NCBI GenBank assembly: GCA_033763315.1
Contig: JANRKS010000028.1
Location: forward strand, 128,001-192,000
DNA: 64,000 nt
Reading direction: 5' to 3'
From: Deltaproteobacteria bacterium
Lineage (GTDB): Bacteria; Myxococcota_A; Polyangia; Fen-1088
A program made the position numbers and the translations under genes. Shown one piece after another: positions 50,401 through 59,131 of the stretch (the first letter of the stretch is position 1; each line of letters starts with the position of its first letter). The notes beneath the pieces are model-generated. The model saw nothing but the letters and a program-made list of their open reading frames with translations. It did not search any database and was not told the DNA's origin.

Positions 50401-53296
50401 CAGCAAGGCTGACACGGCTGTGACCTTGCCCACCGACAAACCGGGCACATTCTTTCTCACGGTGCAAAACGCCGAAGGGCTGGAGCTGCAGCGCGTGCCG
50501 TTCACCGTGGCCGGCCAAGCCAATCTGGCACGAACAATGGATCGCATCACCGAACTGCAGCTTTCGCTGGCCAATGCCAGCGTAGACCCAGGCGCGCCTT
50601 TGGAAGTGCAGATCAAAGCGCCGTACGCGGGCTCGGGGCTCATCACGATCGAACGCGATCGCGTGTATGCACACAAATGGTTTCACACAGACACCACGGG
50701 CACCATTGAGAAGATCGACGTGCCCGCGGGGTTGGAAGCCGGTGGGTATGTTTCAGTGGCGATGATTCGGGATGCGGCCTCTGCCGATGTGTTCGTAAGC
50801 CCGTTGTCTTATGGAATCGTTCCGTTTTCAATTAGCCGCGATCAGCGGCGCATCAACGTCAAAGTGGACGCGCCCGCGTTAGCGAAGCCAGGCGTGGTCA
50901 TGAAGCTCAACGTCACGGCCGACAAGCCTGGGCGCGCCGTGGTGTTCGCCGTGGATGAAGGCATCTTGCGCGTGGCCAAACATCCCAACCCGGATCCATT
51001 GGGTCACTTTCTGCAAAAGCGGCAACTGGGCGTTTCCACAACTCAGATCCTAGATCTCATTCTGCCCGAGCATCGCTTATTGATGCAGGCGCTTGCCCCT
51101 GGTGGTGGCGACGAAGCGGATGCCAGCGCTTTGGGTGCCAATTTAAACCCTTTCAAACGCAAGCAAGACATCCCCGCGGTGTATTGGTCGGGCCTGGTGG
51201 ATGTGGGGCCGCAAGCCAAAGAACTAAGCTTCTTGGTGCCGGATAGTTTCGCGGGCACGTTGCGCGTGATGGCCGTGGCCGCGAATGCCAGCGCCGTGGG
51301 TGCCTATGTGGGGCAAAGCTTGGTGCGCGGCGATTTTGTGATCAGCCCCAACGTACCTACGTTCGTCGCACCCGGCGATATGTTCGACGTGCCAGTGACG
51401 GTGGCCAACAACGTGGAGGGTTCAGGCAAAGCCGCCAACGTGACGTTAACGCTGCAAACCACGCCGCATGTTGAAGTTGTGGGCAGCGCCAAAGCCTCCC
51501 TCACCGTGGGCGAATTGCATGAAGCGGCCACCACTTTCAAGCTGCGCGCCAAAGACACACTGGGCTCGGCAGGGCTGACGTGGAAGGCCACGCTTGGCAA
51601 AGCGTTTGGGCAACGCCGGGTGGATGTCAGCGTGCGGCCCGCGGCGCCCTTCCTATCGACTTTGAATGTTGGGTATCTGAAAAACGGCAGCAAGAAGGTG
51701 CCCGTGCAGCGGCAGCTTTATGGTGCCTTTCGCACGTTGCAGACGGGGCTATCACCCGTGCCCACCACGCTGTCTTCGGGGTTGGCACGCTACTTGGAGA
51801 AATTCCCGCACGGATGCACCGAGCAGATCAGCAGCCAAGCGGTGCCAGCGCTTGTGATGGCAAGCCCGGGGGGCGGCAGTGCACCGCCCGTGGACGCCGC
51901 CAACGCGGTATCACGCTTCACCGAGCTGGTGGCCACACGGCAGAACGATGAAGGCGGCTTCGGCTTGTGGGTCGCAACCCCGAACGCGGCACCGCTGGCC
52001 AGCGTTTACACAATGCTTGTGTTAACCGAGGCCAAAGATCGTGGCTTTCCCGTCGCTGCGCGCGTGATGGACAACGGCCTGCGGTACTTGGAAACCGTGG
52101 CAGACGCCACACCTGATGATCTTGCGGGCGCGCGCCTGCGTACGATGGCGATCTATGTACTGACCCGCAACGCGGTGGTGACCACACGGTACGCGTCGGC
52201 GGCACAAAAACACATGGAGGCCAATTACGCCAAGGCGTGGCGTGACGATCCCGCGGCAGCCTATTTGGCGGGCGCATACGCCCTTTTGCAAGATCAGGCC
52301 TTGGCTGAAAAGCTGAGCCAACCTCTGGCGCTGGGACGCGATCGGCAACCCGATTACGCCGCTTACTACGACAACATGGCGCACGACGCGCAGGTGCTCT
52401 ACGTCTTGGCCAAGCACTTCGCACCGCAAGCGGCGAAGCTGCCCTCCAGCGCGCTTGAGGGGATGTTGCGTATGATTGAGAAAGGCGCCTACAACACCTT
52501 CTCGTCGGCGTTCTCCATTTTGGCGTTGGATAGTTACGCTCGCGCAGGCGCGGCCGCCAGTGGTGGCCAACGCAGTGTCGCGCAATGGTTGGCGGGCAAG
52601 GCGGAGCCGCTCGCGTTGCCGCAAACCGCGGGCGCGATGATCGATTTTTCGCCCAAGGCAAGCGCGTTGGAGTTTAACGTGACGGGTGATTTCGGTGCCT
52701 ACTTCGTCGTCAGCCAACAAGGCTTTGATCAGGTGCTGCCCACCAAGCCGCGCGCGGAGAAAGTGGAAGTGTTCCGCGAGTACATCGGCAAGGACAACGC
52801 GACGCTCACACAGGTGGCCGCGGGTGATGAGATCCGCGTGCGTTTGCGCGCGCGCAGCCTCGACGGTTACATTCCCAATGCGGCCATCATCGATCTGCTG
52901 CCCGGAGGCTTCGAGGTCGTGATCCAAAGCGCGTCGTCCGGCACAGCTGACAACGACAACACGGGTGACCAGGGCGAAGCCGAAGGTGATGCTGAAGGCA
53001 ACGACGAAAGCAACGGCGGCGACGAGGCACCACCTGAAACGCCCGCCAGCGGATTCGGGGTGCCCATCGCCATGCCCGGATCTGATCTGCCCCTGGCCTA
53101 CGGCGACGTGCGCGAGGATCGAGTTGTGTTGTACGCCGATCTTGGCCCTGACGCGCACACGTTCATCTACACGATCAAGGCCACGAACACTGGCGACTAT
53201 GTGGTGCCGCCCATCTTGGCCGAATCGCTTTACGATCGCGCGGTGCGCGCCGTGGGCGTCCCTGGCAAGATGACCGTGCAAGCGCCCAAACAATAA
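47441..53296 (+). CDS. Bacterial alpha-2-macroglobulin (YfhM-like)
   Basis: 1951 aa; N-terminal TM, FSDR..YRP MG motif, thioester CTEQ, DLLPGGFE, REDRV; followed by pbpC. Confidence 0.93.
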   Translation: MASVWQALGRFFRAIFGQWQPPPWAVFLGNKTRQGGRWATQHKRASAVSLLLLIGLGAGGFFGYRAWKSRPQPELVQVSLNPPGLTVLQEHLQPQPLTVEFERSVAPLAAVDKVLKAGVALSPRVPGTWKWISDRQLAFTPKTDWPVGQEIAVTFDKKGFVAPHIKLKEYQLTFKTAPFEVQLEQSEFYQDPANPSLKKAVATFAFSHAVNTDTFAQNLKLTFEPSNKEEAAFAPAFHITYDKLKGKAFVHSDPLPVPQKDATVVLTLKPGTRAAAGGPGKDTEVVGRVAVPGLYNFFRIANVYTQVVDNPRMEPEQILFFDTSTGVANKELTANIEVWTLPVYHPTEQTTPESRSSPYRWSSPEMISPAILKGGQKLKLQALPTVREYDVQHTYRHEAPIGRFLYVQVKKGVKAFGGYLLGDTQTFIVEVPPFPRQLKIMHSGALLASSGDRKVSVFTRDVPQIKLQVARILPSQIQHLVARSHGSFAQPSFSWDFDLENMAQFQDETRTLAQTPGKPVYETLDLTPYLPKEGPRRGLFHIKVQSWKDSYALGESDERFILLSDLGVFVKRTVSGTRSVFVQSIAAGTPVADAQVEVLGKNGMVVARARTGADGKAELANLESLRAEKSPVLVLVNAGNDTSFLPWDRRDREMDVSRFDVGGVAESEEAGKLAAYGFSDRTLYRPQETFHVGFIVRSQDWAANYNGLPLVATITDPRGMEVKSEPVTLDASGFAAIDYTTRYTAPTGSYAVNLYLVKKGVPSDLLGSTTVQVREFLPDRMTIKVELTKQNTGGWTTAQDLDAKVTLTNLYGTPASNKRVVTRISLTPGIPSVRGMPGFRFYDPLKPNDPVQETLAAEHTNDDGTAEIKLNLQRFAPATYRLSVMAEGFEGEGGRSVAAEATTFVSPLPYMIGYKTEGDLSYLHMGSAQVVLLAAASPEGERMSVGGLTQVLLERTYVSALVKQANGTYRYESVGKDVERSRKPLQFSKADTAVTLPTDKPGTFFLTVQNAEGLELQRVPFTVAGQANLARTMDRITELQLSLANASVDPGAPLEVQIKAPYAGSGLITIERDRVYAHKWFHTDTTGTIEKIDVPAGLEAGGYVSVAMIRDAASADVFVSPLSYGIVPFSISRDQRRINVKVDAPALAKPGVVMKLNVTADKPGRAVVFAVDEGILRVAKHPNPDPLGHFLQKRQLGVSTTQILDLILPEHRLLMQALAPGGGDEADASALGANLNPFKRKQDIPAVYWSGLVDVGPQAKELSFLVPDSFAGTLRVMAVAANASAVGAYVGQSLVRGDFVISPNVPTFVAPGDMFDVPVTVANNVEGSGKAANVTLTLQTTPHVEVVGSAKASLTVGELHEAATTFKLRAKDTLGSAGLTWKATLGKAFGQRRVDVSVRPAAPFLSTLNVGYLKNGSKKVPVQRQLYGAFRTLQTGLSPVPTTLSSGLARYLEKFPHGCTEQISSQAVPALVMASPGGGSAPPVDAANAVSRFTELVATRQNDEGGFGLWVATPNAAPLASVYTMLVLTEAKDRGFPVAARVMDNGLRYLETVADATPDDLAGARLRTMAIYVLTRNAVVTTRYASAAQKHMEANYAKAWRDDPAAAYLAGAYALLQDQALAEKLSQPLALGRDRQPDYAAYYDNMAHDAQVLYVLAKHFAPQAAKLPSSALEGMLRMIEKGAYNTFSSAFSILALDSYARAGAAASGGQRSVAQWLAGKAEPLALPQTAGAMIDFSPKASALEFNVTGDFGAYFVVSQQGFDQVLPTKPRAEKVEVFREYIGKDNATLTQVAAGDEIRVRLRARSLDGYIPNAAIIDLLPGGFEVVIQSASSGTADNDNTGDQGEAEGDAEGNDESNGGDEAPPETPASGFGVPIAMPGSDLPLAYGDVREDRVVLYADLGPDAHTFIYTIKATNTGDYVVPPILAESLYDRAVRAVGVPGKMTVQAPKQ

Positions 53297-53299
53297 TTC

Positions 53300-55633
53300 A
53301 TGAGGTGGCTGGGCACGCGCAAGACCGCCGCGTTTATCAGCGGCGCCGTTTTCGGTTGGTTGGTGGGCGTAGCGGCGCTGCCCCACCCACCGCTGTCTCG
53401 CCGCGCGCCTTTGTCCCGTGCCGTCTACGCCGCTGATGGCACTTTGATGCGCTTAACATTGGCCAGCGACGGCCAGTACCGTTTGTGGACGCCGCTCGCA
53501 AACATCTCGCCTGCGCTTGTGCAAGCAACCCTGCTTTACGAGGACAAACACTTTCGCCGCCACCTAGGGATTAACCCATGGGCACTCGTGCGCGCCACCG
53601 CCACATCCCTGTTTGGCCACCGCCGCATGGGAGGCTCCACATTGACGATGCAACTGGCACGGCGCTTGTGGAACATCGACTCGCGCGGCCCGCTCGGAAA
53701 GTTGTGGCAGATGGCGACCGCACTTCATCTGGAACTGGCCTACAGCAAAGACGAACTTCTTGAAGCGTATTTGAACCTCGTACCCTACGGCGGCAACATT
53801 GAGGGCGTGGGCGCCGCCGCGCGCGTCTACTTCGCAAAGGCCCCCCAAGGGCTACAGGTCACCGATGCCGTCACATTGGCGGTGATTCCCCAAAGCCCAG
53901 GCGCGCGTGGCACGCCAGTGGCGCGTGGGCACACCATTCCCCCCGCGCTCACGCAAGCGCGGACCCGCTTGTGGGCGCTATGGCAAAAGCAGCACAGCAC
54001 ACATCCATCAGACGCTGTGGTGTTGAGTCAACCGCCCCAGATGAAATCGCTGCGCCAACTGCCGTTTCTCGCCGCGCATCTAACAGAAGAAGCGCTGGCA
54101 AAAAGCAAAGCAGACGTAGTGACAACCACGCTGCATCCGCGTTTGCAACGTGTGGCCGAACGTGAAGTGTCACGCTTTATAGCCACGCAAAGAGAGCTCG
54201 GCATTCACAACGCCACCGTGCTAATCGCTCACCACGCCAGCTCTGAAATCGTGGCGCTGGTGGGATCGGCCGATTATTTCTCCAACGCCATCGCAGGCGC
54301 GGTTGATGGCACAGCGGCGCGCCGATCTCCAGGTTCAACACTCAAGCCTTTCGTTTATGGCTTGGCCATGGACCAAGGCCTCATTCACCCGCAAACGTTG
54401 GTGCGCGATGCGCCCACGCGCTTTTCCGATTACGTGCCCGAAAACTTTGATGGTGAATTTGCCGGGCCGGTGTCCGCCACAGACGCTTTGGTGCGCAGCC
54501 GCAACATTCCTGCCGTGGCATTGGCGGCGAAACTCACCAGCCCCACATTGTTTGGCTTGCTTCGCCAAGCGGGCGTGGGCGATCTCGTCGATGAAGCACA
54601 CTATGGTTTAGGGATCGCGCTCGGCGCCGCCGAGCTGACGATGCGCGAGTTGACGGCGCTTTACGCAAGCCTCGCGCAAGCAGGCAACCACCGACCGCTC
54701 ACCCTATTCAAAACACCGACGCCACAGCCCACGATTTCGCTACTGTCTCCGCAAGCAAGTTACCTGACGCTGACGATGTTGGCGCAAACACCTCGGCCAG
54801 ACGCTTTGGATCCCGTGGGGGTCATGAACGAGCGCCCCGCCATACCGTGGAAAACGGGCACTTCGTGGGGCTTTCGCGACGCATGGAGCGTAGGCATTGT
54901 GGGACCTTACGTGTTGGCCGTATGGGTCGGCGACTTTGCTTCGCGCAGCAACCCAGCCTACGTTGGGCGCAAGGCGGCCGCGCCCTTGTTCTTTGCGATC
55001 GCCGACGCGATGTTCGCCAGTGGTTTGGCGAAGCCATGGATGCCATCGCCTCCGCCTGGCGTGAGCCGCGTGCCCGTGTGTGCCTTAACAGGCGCCCTGC
55101 CCGGCCCCGATTGCCCTGCCACACACAAGGGTTGGTTTATCCCAGGACGCTCGCCGATCACACGCTGTGAAGTGCATCGCGCTTTGACCATCGACGACAA
55201 AACCAACCAACGCGTTTGCCAAGCTGTGCCAGGGCACACAACACACAAAGCGTTGTATGAAGTGTGGCCTTCGGATCTCGCGGCGCTTTTCGTGGCCGCG
55301 GGCTTGCCACGCCAATCATTGCCGCCGCCTGGGCCGGGATGCCGCGCGCTTGAGGAGAACACCGGGCAGCCACCACGACTGACTTCACCCAGCGCCAACG
55401 CCGCCTTTGCTTTGACGGGCGCGCCAAGTTCGTGGAAGCCCGTGCCTCTGCGCGCCGAAATTGACGGCGACGCCGCCGAGGTCTTCTATTTCGTTGACGG
55501 TAGTTTCGCGGGCCGCGCGAAAGGCGGCGTGCCCGTGTTCTGGGCCCCGCGACCCGGCAAATTTCTGGTGCGTGCGATCGACGATCGCGGCCGCGACAGC
55601 GCCATCCAAATGGTTGTGCAGGTGGTGCAATGA
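53300..55633 (+). CDS. pbpC: Penicillin-binding protein 1C
   Basis: EDKHF, GGSTLTMQLAR transglycosylase; STLK, SRN, KTGT transpeptidase motifs; C-terminal PBP1C domain. Confidence 0.94.
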   Translation: MRWLGTRKTAAFISGAVFGWLVGVAALPHPPLSRRAPLSRAVYAADGTLMRLTLASDGQYRLWTPLANISPALVQATLLYEDKHFRRHLGINPWALVRATATSLFGHRRMGGSTLTMQLARRLWNIDSRGPLGKLWQMATALHLELAYSKDELLEAYLNLVPYGGNIEGVGAAARVYFAKAPQGLQVTDAVTLAVIPQSPGARGTPVARGHTIPPALTQARTRLWALWQKQHSTHPSDAVVLSQPPQMKSLRQLPFLAAHLTEEALAKSKADVVTTTLHPRLQRVAEREVSRFIATQRELGIHNATVLIAHHASSEIVALVGSADYFSNAIAGAVDGTAARRSPGSTLKPFVYGLAMDQGLIHPQTLVRDAPTRFSDYVPENFDGEFAGPVSATDALVRSRNIPAVALAAKLTSPTLFGLLRQAGVGDLVDEAHYGLGIALGAAELTMRELTALYASLAQAGNHRPLTLFKTPTPQPTISLLSPQASYLTLTMLAQTPRPDALDPVGVMNERPAIPWKTGTSWGFRDAWSVGIVGPYVLAVWVGDFASRSNPAYVGRKAAAPLFFAIADAMFASGLAKPWMPSPPPGVSRVPVCALTGALPGPDCPATHKGWFIPGRSPITRCEVHRALTIDDKTNQRVCQAVPGHTTHKALYEVWPSDLAALFVAAGLPRQSLPPPGPGCRALEENTGQPPRLTSPSANAAFALTGAPSSWKPVPLRAEIDGDAAEVFYFVDGSFAGRAKGGVPVFWAPRPGKFLVRAIDDRGRDSAIQMVVQVVQ

Positions 55634-56571
55634 GACGTGTCTGCGTTGCGGTGGCTGTAGCGCTTGCGGCGGCGTGCAACGTCACGGCACACAACGATTC
55701 CACCACCGGCCCTGCGCCGGTGAGCGCCTACTACGTTGTAGAACGGGCCACGCGCACGCTCAACGATGAGCCGCGCGATCTGCTGCCGGGCTTCGGCTTC
55801 GAGATCACGCAGGTCAAAAAGATCAACGGCGTGAAGGTGGGTGTCTCGCGCTTGGGGCAGCTGATCCCCCTGTCGGATTTGAAACAGGTCAAGCCATCAA
55901 CCTTCGAGGGCGTTCACCAGCCAGACCCGCTGCTGCGGCTGGCCTTCGTGGTACAGCCGCTGGCAGCCATTCGCAGCGCGCCCTCACAAGCGGCGCCTGT
56001 GATCTCACGTGCGCGTCGACTTGCGGTGTTAACACTAAAGACGCACGACGGACCCCTTGGGTATTACCACACGACACAGGGTTGGGTGGCGGCGAACGAC
56101 GTGCGGGTGCCGCGGTTGTCGCCCCGCCCACCAAACATCGGCACCAGTGCCAGCGAGGACATCTGGATTGACGTCGACCTTCGAAGCCAAACTTTGGTGG
56201 CTTATGCGGCGGAAAGGCCAGTGTTTGCAACGTTGATCTCAGCCGGCGTGGGCGCGGCCGGCTCCCCATTCGCCACCCCCATGGGGTTGCACCGCATCGT
56301 GGCCAAGCTTCGTGCAGCCACAATGGATAACTTGGAACACACCAACGTGGTGCCCTACCACTATGAAACCGTGCCGCACACGCAATACATTGGCCGCGTG
56401 GCGCTTCATGGCGTGTTCTGGCATGACGACTTCGGGCACCCCAAGAGTCATGGCTGCATCAACTTGTCGATGGCGGACGCCGCCTATCTCTTCGATCTCA
56501 CTCGCCCCAAAGTGTCCCTCGCTAGGAACGAAGGTAACGGCGCACACGGAACAGTCGTTCAAGTCAGGTAA
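55630..56571 (+). CDS. L,D-transpeptidase (YkuD) lipoprotein
   Basis: Lipobox AAAC; IDVDL..Q.L, TP.G, ALHG.FWH..FG.P.SHGCINL; ATGA overlap with pbpC. Confidence 0.9.
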   Translation: MRRVCVAVAVALAAACNVTAHNDSTTGPAPVSAYYVVERATRTLNDEPRDLLPGFGFEITQVKKINGVKVGVSRLGQLIPLSDLKQVKPSTFEGVHQPDPLLRLAFVVQPLAAIRSAPSQAAPVISRARRLAVLTLKTHDGPLGYYHTTQGWVAANDVRVPRLSPRPPNIGTSASEDIWIDVDLRSQTLVAYAAERPVFATLISAGVGAAGSPFATPMGLHRIVAKLRAATMDNLEHTNVVPYHYETVPHTQYIGRVALHGVFWHDDFGHPKSHGCINLSMADAAYLFDLTRPKVSLARNEGNGAHGTVVQVR

Positions 56572-56634
56572 CGCCAGTTTTATGGCGCCGTAGCGAAGCC
56601 TTTTTTTTCGAGAAAAGTCTGCCACTATGCACAG

Positions 56635-58440
56635 ATGTCTTTGCTTAAACGTGTTCTAGGGGTTGCCGCTTGCCTTGGCTTGGTGGTGGCGTGCACAGTA
56701 AGCGCAGACGGCATTACTCCGCAGGGCACGCCAGGCAATGACGCGTCCGCCATCGAAAACGACAGCGGCGCGGTGGGTACCGGTGGAACAGCGGGAATGG
56801 GCAGCGCCACAGGCGGCACCAACGTCGCTGGCACAAGCGGAACAGGCGGCAGCGCCATGATGCCGTCATCCTGCGCCAGTGGCTCCACAAAGTGCGACGA
56901 CGGCAACGTCTTGCTGTGTTCACCGAAACGCAGCTGGGAGATGGTTCAGACGTGCACCTATGTTTGTTCTGAAGGCGCGTGCGCTGGAGATTGCACGCCC
57001 GGCGACAAACGCTGCGCAGGGTTCGTCCCGCAATTGTGCGATACGACGGGTCAGTGGAAGACAGGCCAAGCCTGCGACAAGGTTTGTTTGTCTGGCCGAT
57101 GCACCGGCGATTGTTCACCTGGATCTCGCCGCTGCCTGAACAACGCGACGCAGATTTGCGACGTGACCGGCACATGGAAGGCTGACAAAGCGTGCGCCAA
57201 TGGCTGCACCAACGGATTGTGTGAAGGTGAGTGCACGGAAGGCCAAAAGACTTGTAACGGGATGGACGCCCTGGTTTGCGGCTCAGGCCAAGCCTGGACA
57301 AAACAAACCACGTGTCCGTTCCTTTGCGACGACGGCATTTGCGCGGGTCAATGCAAACCAGGCAGCAGAGACTGCGCCGGCAAATCACCTCGCGTATGCA
57401 ACGCCGCCGGCGTCTGGGTGCAAGAGGCCGCCTGCGAGTTCGCCTGCAGCGCGGGTGTTTGCAGCGGCGAATGTGTTCCCACGAGCAAGCGGTGCAACGG
57501 CCTCAAACCTTCCACATGCAACGCCGAGGGCCGTTGGGTGGACGCGGCGGCTTGCCCTTTCACGTGCAACGCCGGTGCGTGCGGTGGCACATGTGCGCCC
57601 GGCGAAACGCGTTGCGAAGGCAACGCCGCACAGTCTTGCGGAACGGATGGCAATTTCAAAACCGTTTCAACATGTCCCTTCGTGTGCGTCGACGGTCAAT
57701 GCCAAGGCGAATGCGTGCCAGGCCAAAAATCGTGCAATGGCCAAACACCGCGCACCTGCAACAGCGCTGGCGGCTGGCAAAACAGCACAGCTTGCCCGAT
57801 CCTCTGCAGCGCGGGCGTTTGCACAGGCACCTGCACACCGGGCACGCGCGAGTGTAATGGCGACACGTCTTCGGTCTGCACGGGCAATGGCTCGTGGCAG
57901 GTGGAAGCCACGTGCCCCTTTGTTTGCGCTCAAGGTAAGTGTGGCGGCTCATGCAAACCAGGAAAGCAGGAGTGCTCGGGCAGCACGCCGCAAACTTGCA
58001 ACATGGCGGGACAGTGGGAAACCGGCGCGGCCTGTTCCTTGGCCTGCATCGACGGCAAGTGCGGCGGCAATTGTAAGCCGGGCGAAACGCGTTGTGCGAA
58101 CGGCAAGGTCGAGACCTGTTCAAGCACAGGCGAGTGGGGCGCGGGCCAAACCTGTTCGTACCTGTGCCTCGGCAAGGCCTGTGCGGGAGAATGTGTGCCG
58201 GGCGACCGCGATTGCAGCGGCAAGACACCGCGGGTGTGCAGCGAGGCAGGCAAGTGGACCGCGCAAGGCACGTGCGCCGGCGCGTGCAGCAATGGCAGGT
58301 GCAGCGAATGCGTGCCTGGTGACTTCGTGTGCAGCCCCAACGGCCGGGGGGCCTTGTGTTCCCCGCAAGGCGTCTGGGGTGAAGAGGGCTGCATCGAACC
58401 CTGCGGCTACACGAAATCGTGCAAAAAGAAGGACAAGTGA
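56635..58440 (+). CDS. Cys-rich repeat lipoprotein (13 x ~40 aa, 6 Cys per repeat)
   Basis: Lipobox VVAC, Gly/Thr linker, tandem C-x6-C-x7-C-x5-W-x5-C-x3-C-x4-C repeats. Confidence 0.88.
   Translation: MSLLKRVLGVAACLGLVVACTVSADGITPQGTPGNDASAIENDSGAVGTGGTAGMGSATGGTNVAGTSGTGGSAMMPSSCASGSTKCDDGNVLLCSPKRSWEMVQTCTYVCSEGACAGDCTPGDKRCAGFVPQLCDTTGQWKTGQACDKVCLSGRCTGDCSPGSRRCLNNATQICDVTGTWKADKACANGCTNGLCEGECTEGQKTCNGMDALVCGSGQAWTKQTTCPFLCDDGICAGQCKPGSRDCAGKSPRVCNAAGVWVQEAACEFACSAGVCSGECVPTSKRCNGLKPSTCNAEGRWVDAAACPFTCNAGACGGTCAPGETRCEGNAAQSCGTDGNFKTVSTCPFVCVDGQCQGECVPGQKSCNGQTPRTCNSAGGWQNSTACPILCSAGVCTGTCTPGTRECNGDTSSVCTGNGSWQVEATCPFVCAQGKCGGSCKPGKQECSGSTPQTCNMAGQWETGAACSLACIDGKCGGNCKPGETRCANGKVETCSSTGEWGAGQTCSYLCLGKACAGECVPGDRDCSGKTPRVCSEAGKWTAQGTCAGACSNGRCSECVPGDFVCSPNGRGALCSPQGVWGEEGCIEPCGYTKSCKKKDK
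56872..58425 (+). repeat. 120-bp-period coding repeat array (diverged)
   Basis: 11 units of exactly 40 aa, one of 39 aa, and one degenerate terminal unit. Confidence 0.9.
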
Positions 58441-58477
58441 GGGGGGCTGCCACGGTCGTTGCCGGTGAGGCACACTC

Positions 58478-58493
58478 CGGCATGGCGGCTGCA
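58478..58493 (+). promoter_or_regulatory. Sigma54-like promoter of the macrodomain gene
   Basis: CGGCATGGCGGCTGCA, GG-N10-GC; predicted +1 about 2 nt before ATG 58506. Confidence 0.4.
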
Positions 58494-58505
58494 TAAGGCA
58501 GCCGC

Positions 58506-58988
58506 ATGCTGAAGACTGTTTCCGGAGACATCCTGTTAAGCGGCGCCAAGGCCATCGCCCACGGCATCGCGCCCAATGATCACTTCGCGTCCGGGTTGGC
58601 GCTTGCCTTGCGGGAACGATACCCCGCCCTCGCGAAAGATTTCCGCCACTGGTTTCATGAGGCTCACCCCAAGACGGGGCAGCTGTGGGCGTGGGCCAGC
58701 CCCAACGGCACGCGGATCTATAACTTGCTCACGCAAGAGCCCGCTCCGGGCGAAAAAGCCCTGCCCGGCAAGGCAAAGATCGAGCACGTGAACCACGCCT
58801 TGCGTGCGTTGCGACACGCCATCGAAGAAGAGAAGATCGCGAGCCTGGCGATCCCTCGCTTGGCCACCGGGCACGGCGGCCTGGACTGGGCCGAAGTTGA
58901 ACCGTTGGTCCGCCAACATTTGGGGACGTTGAGCATCCCCGTTTACGTGTATTCAAACTACGTGAAGGGTGAAAGGGCGGCCGAGTAA
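58506..58988 (+). CDS. Macro domain protein (Poa1p/TARG1-like ADP-ribose processing)
   Basis: GDIL, IAHG, GLALAL...YP, IYNLLTQ, SLAIPRLATG.GGLDW..V. Confidence 0.88.
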   Translation: MLKTVSGDILLSGAKAIAHGIAPNDHFASGLALALRERYPALAKDFRHWFHEAHPKTGQLWAWASPNGTRIYNLLTQEPAPGEKALPGKAKIEHVNHALRALRHAIEEEKIASLAIPRLATGHGGLDWAEVEPLVRQHLGTLSIPVYVYSNYVKGERAAE

Positions 58989-58998
58989 CGGGGCATAA

Positions 58999-59027
58999 TT
59001 TGCGCCCGCGCTCGCCGCGGGCGCAAA
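58999..59027. terminator. 12-bp stem-loop after the macro gene (stabiliser or atypical terminator)
   Basis: TTTGCGCCCGCG-ctcgc-CGCGGGCGCAAA; followed by an A-run rather than a U-tract. Confidence 0.45.
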
Positions 59028-59131
59028 AACCGCCGCCGGTGGCGCCACACACACGTTCGCCCACAGATCACCCCGGCCAGATCGGGCGTCCACCACCGAC
59101 GACCGGGTGGCGCTCGTAAGCCTTTGCGGCG

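Noticed and set aside
49475-53386. Long antisense ORFs (403 aa and 454 aa) inside the alpha-2-macroglobulin gene, and similar ones elsewhere (e.g. 13109-14038, 46324-47253, 57200-58468)
   Set aside because: Shadow or alternate-frame ORFs expected in GC-rich coding DNA; no recognisable motifs and fully overlapped by well-supported genes
56872-58425. Periodic sequence as a possible CRISPR array or DNA repeat element
   Set aside because: Periodicity is at the protein level (Cys/Trp codons); there are no identical DNA repeats with unique spacers and no cas genes
58506-58988. DarTG toxin-antitoxin system
   Set aside because: Macro domain only (160 aa) with no DarG C-terminal domain and no DarT-like ADP-ribosyltransferase adjacent
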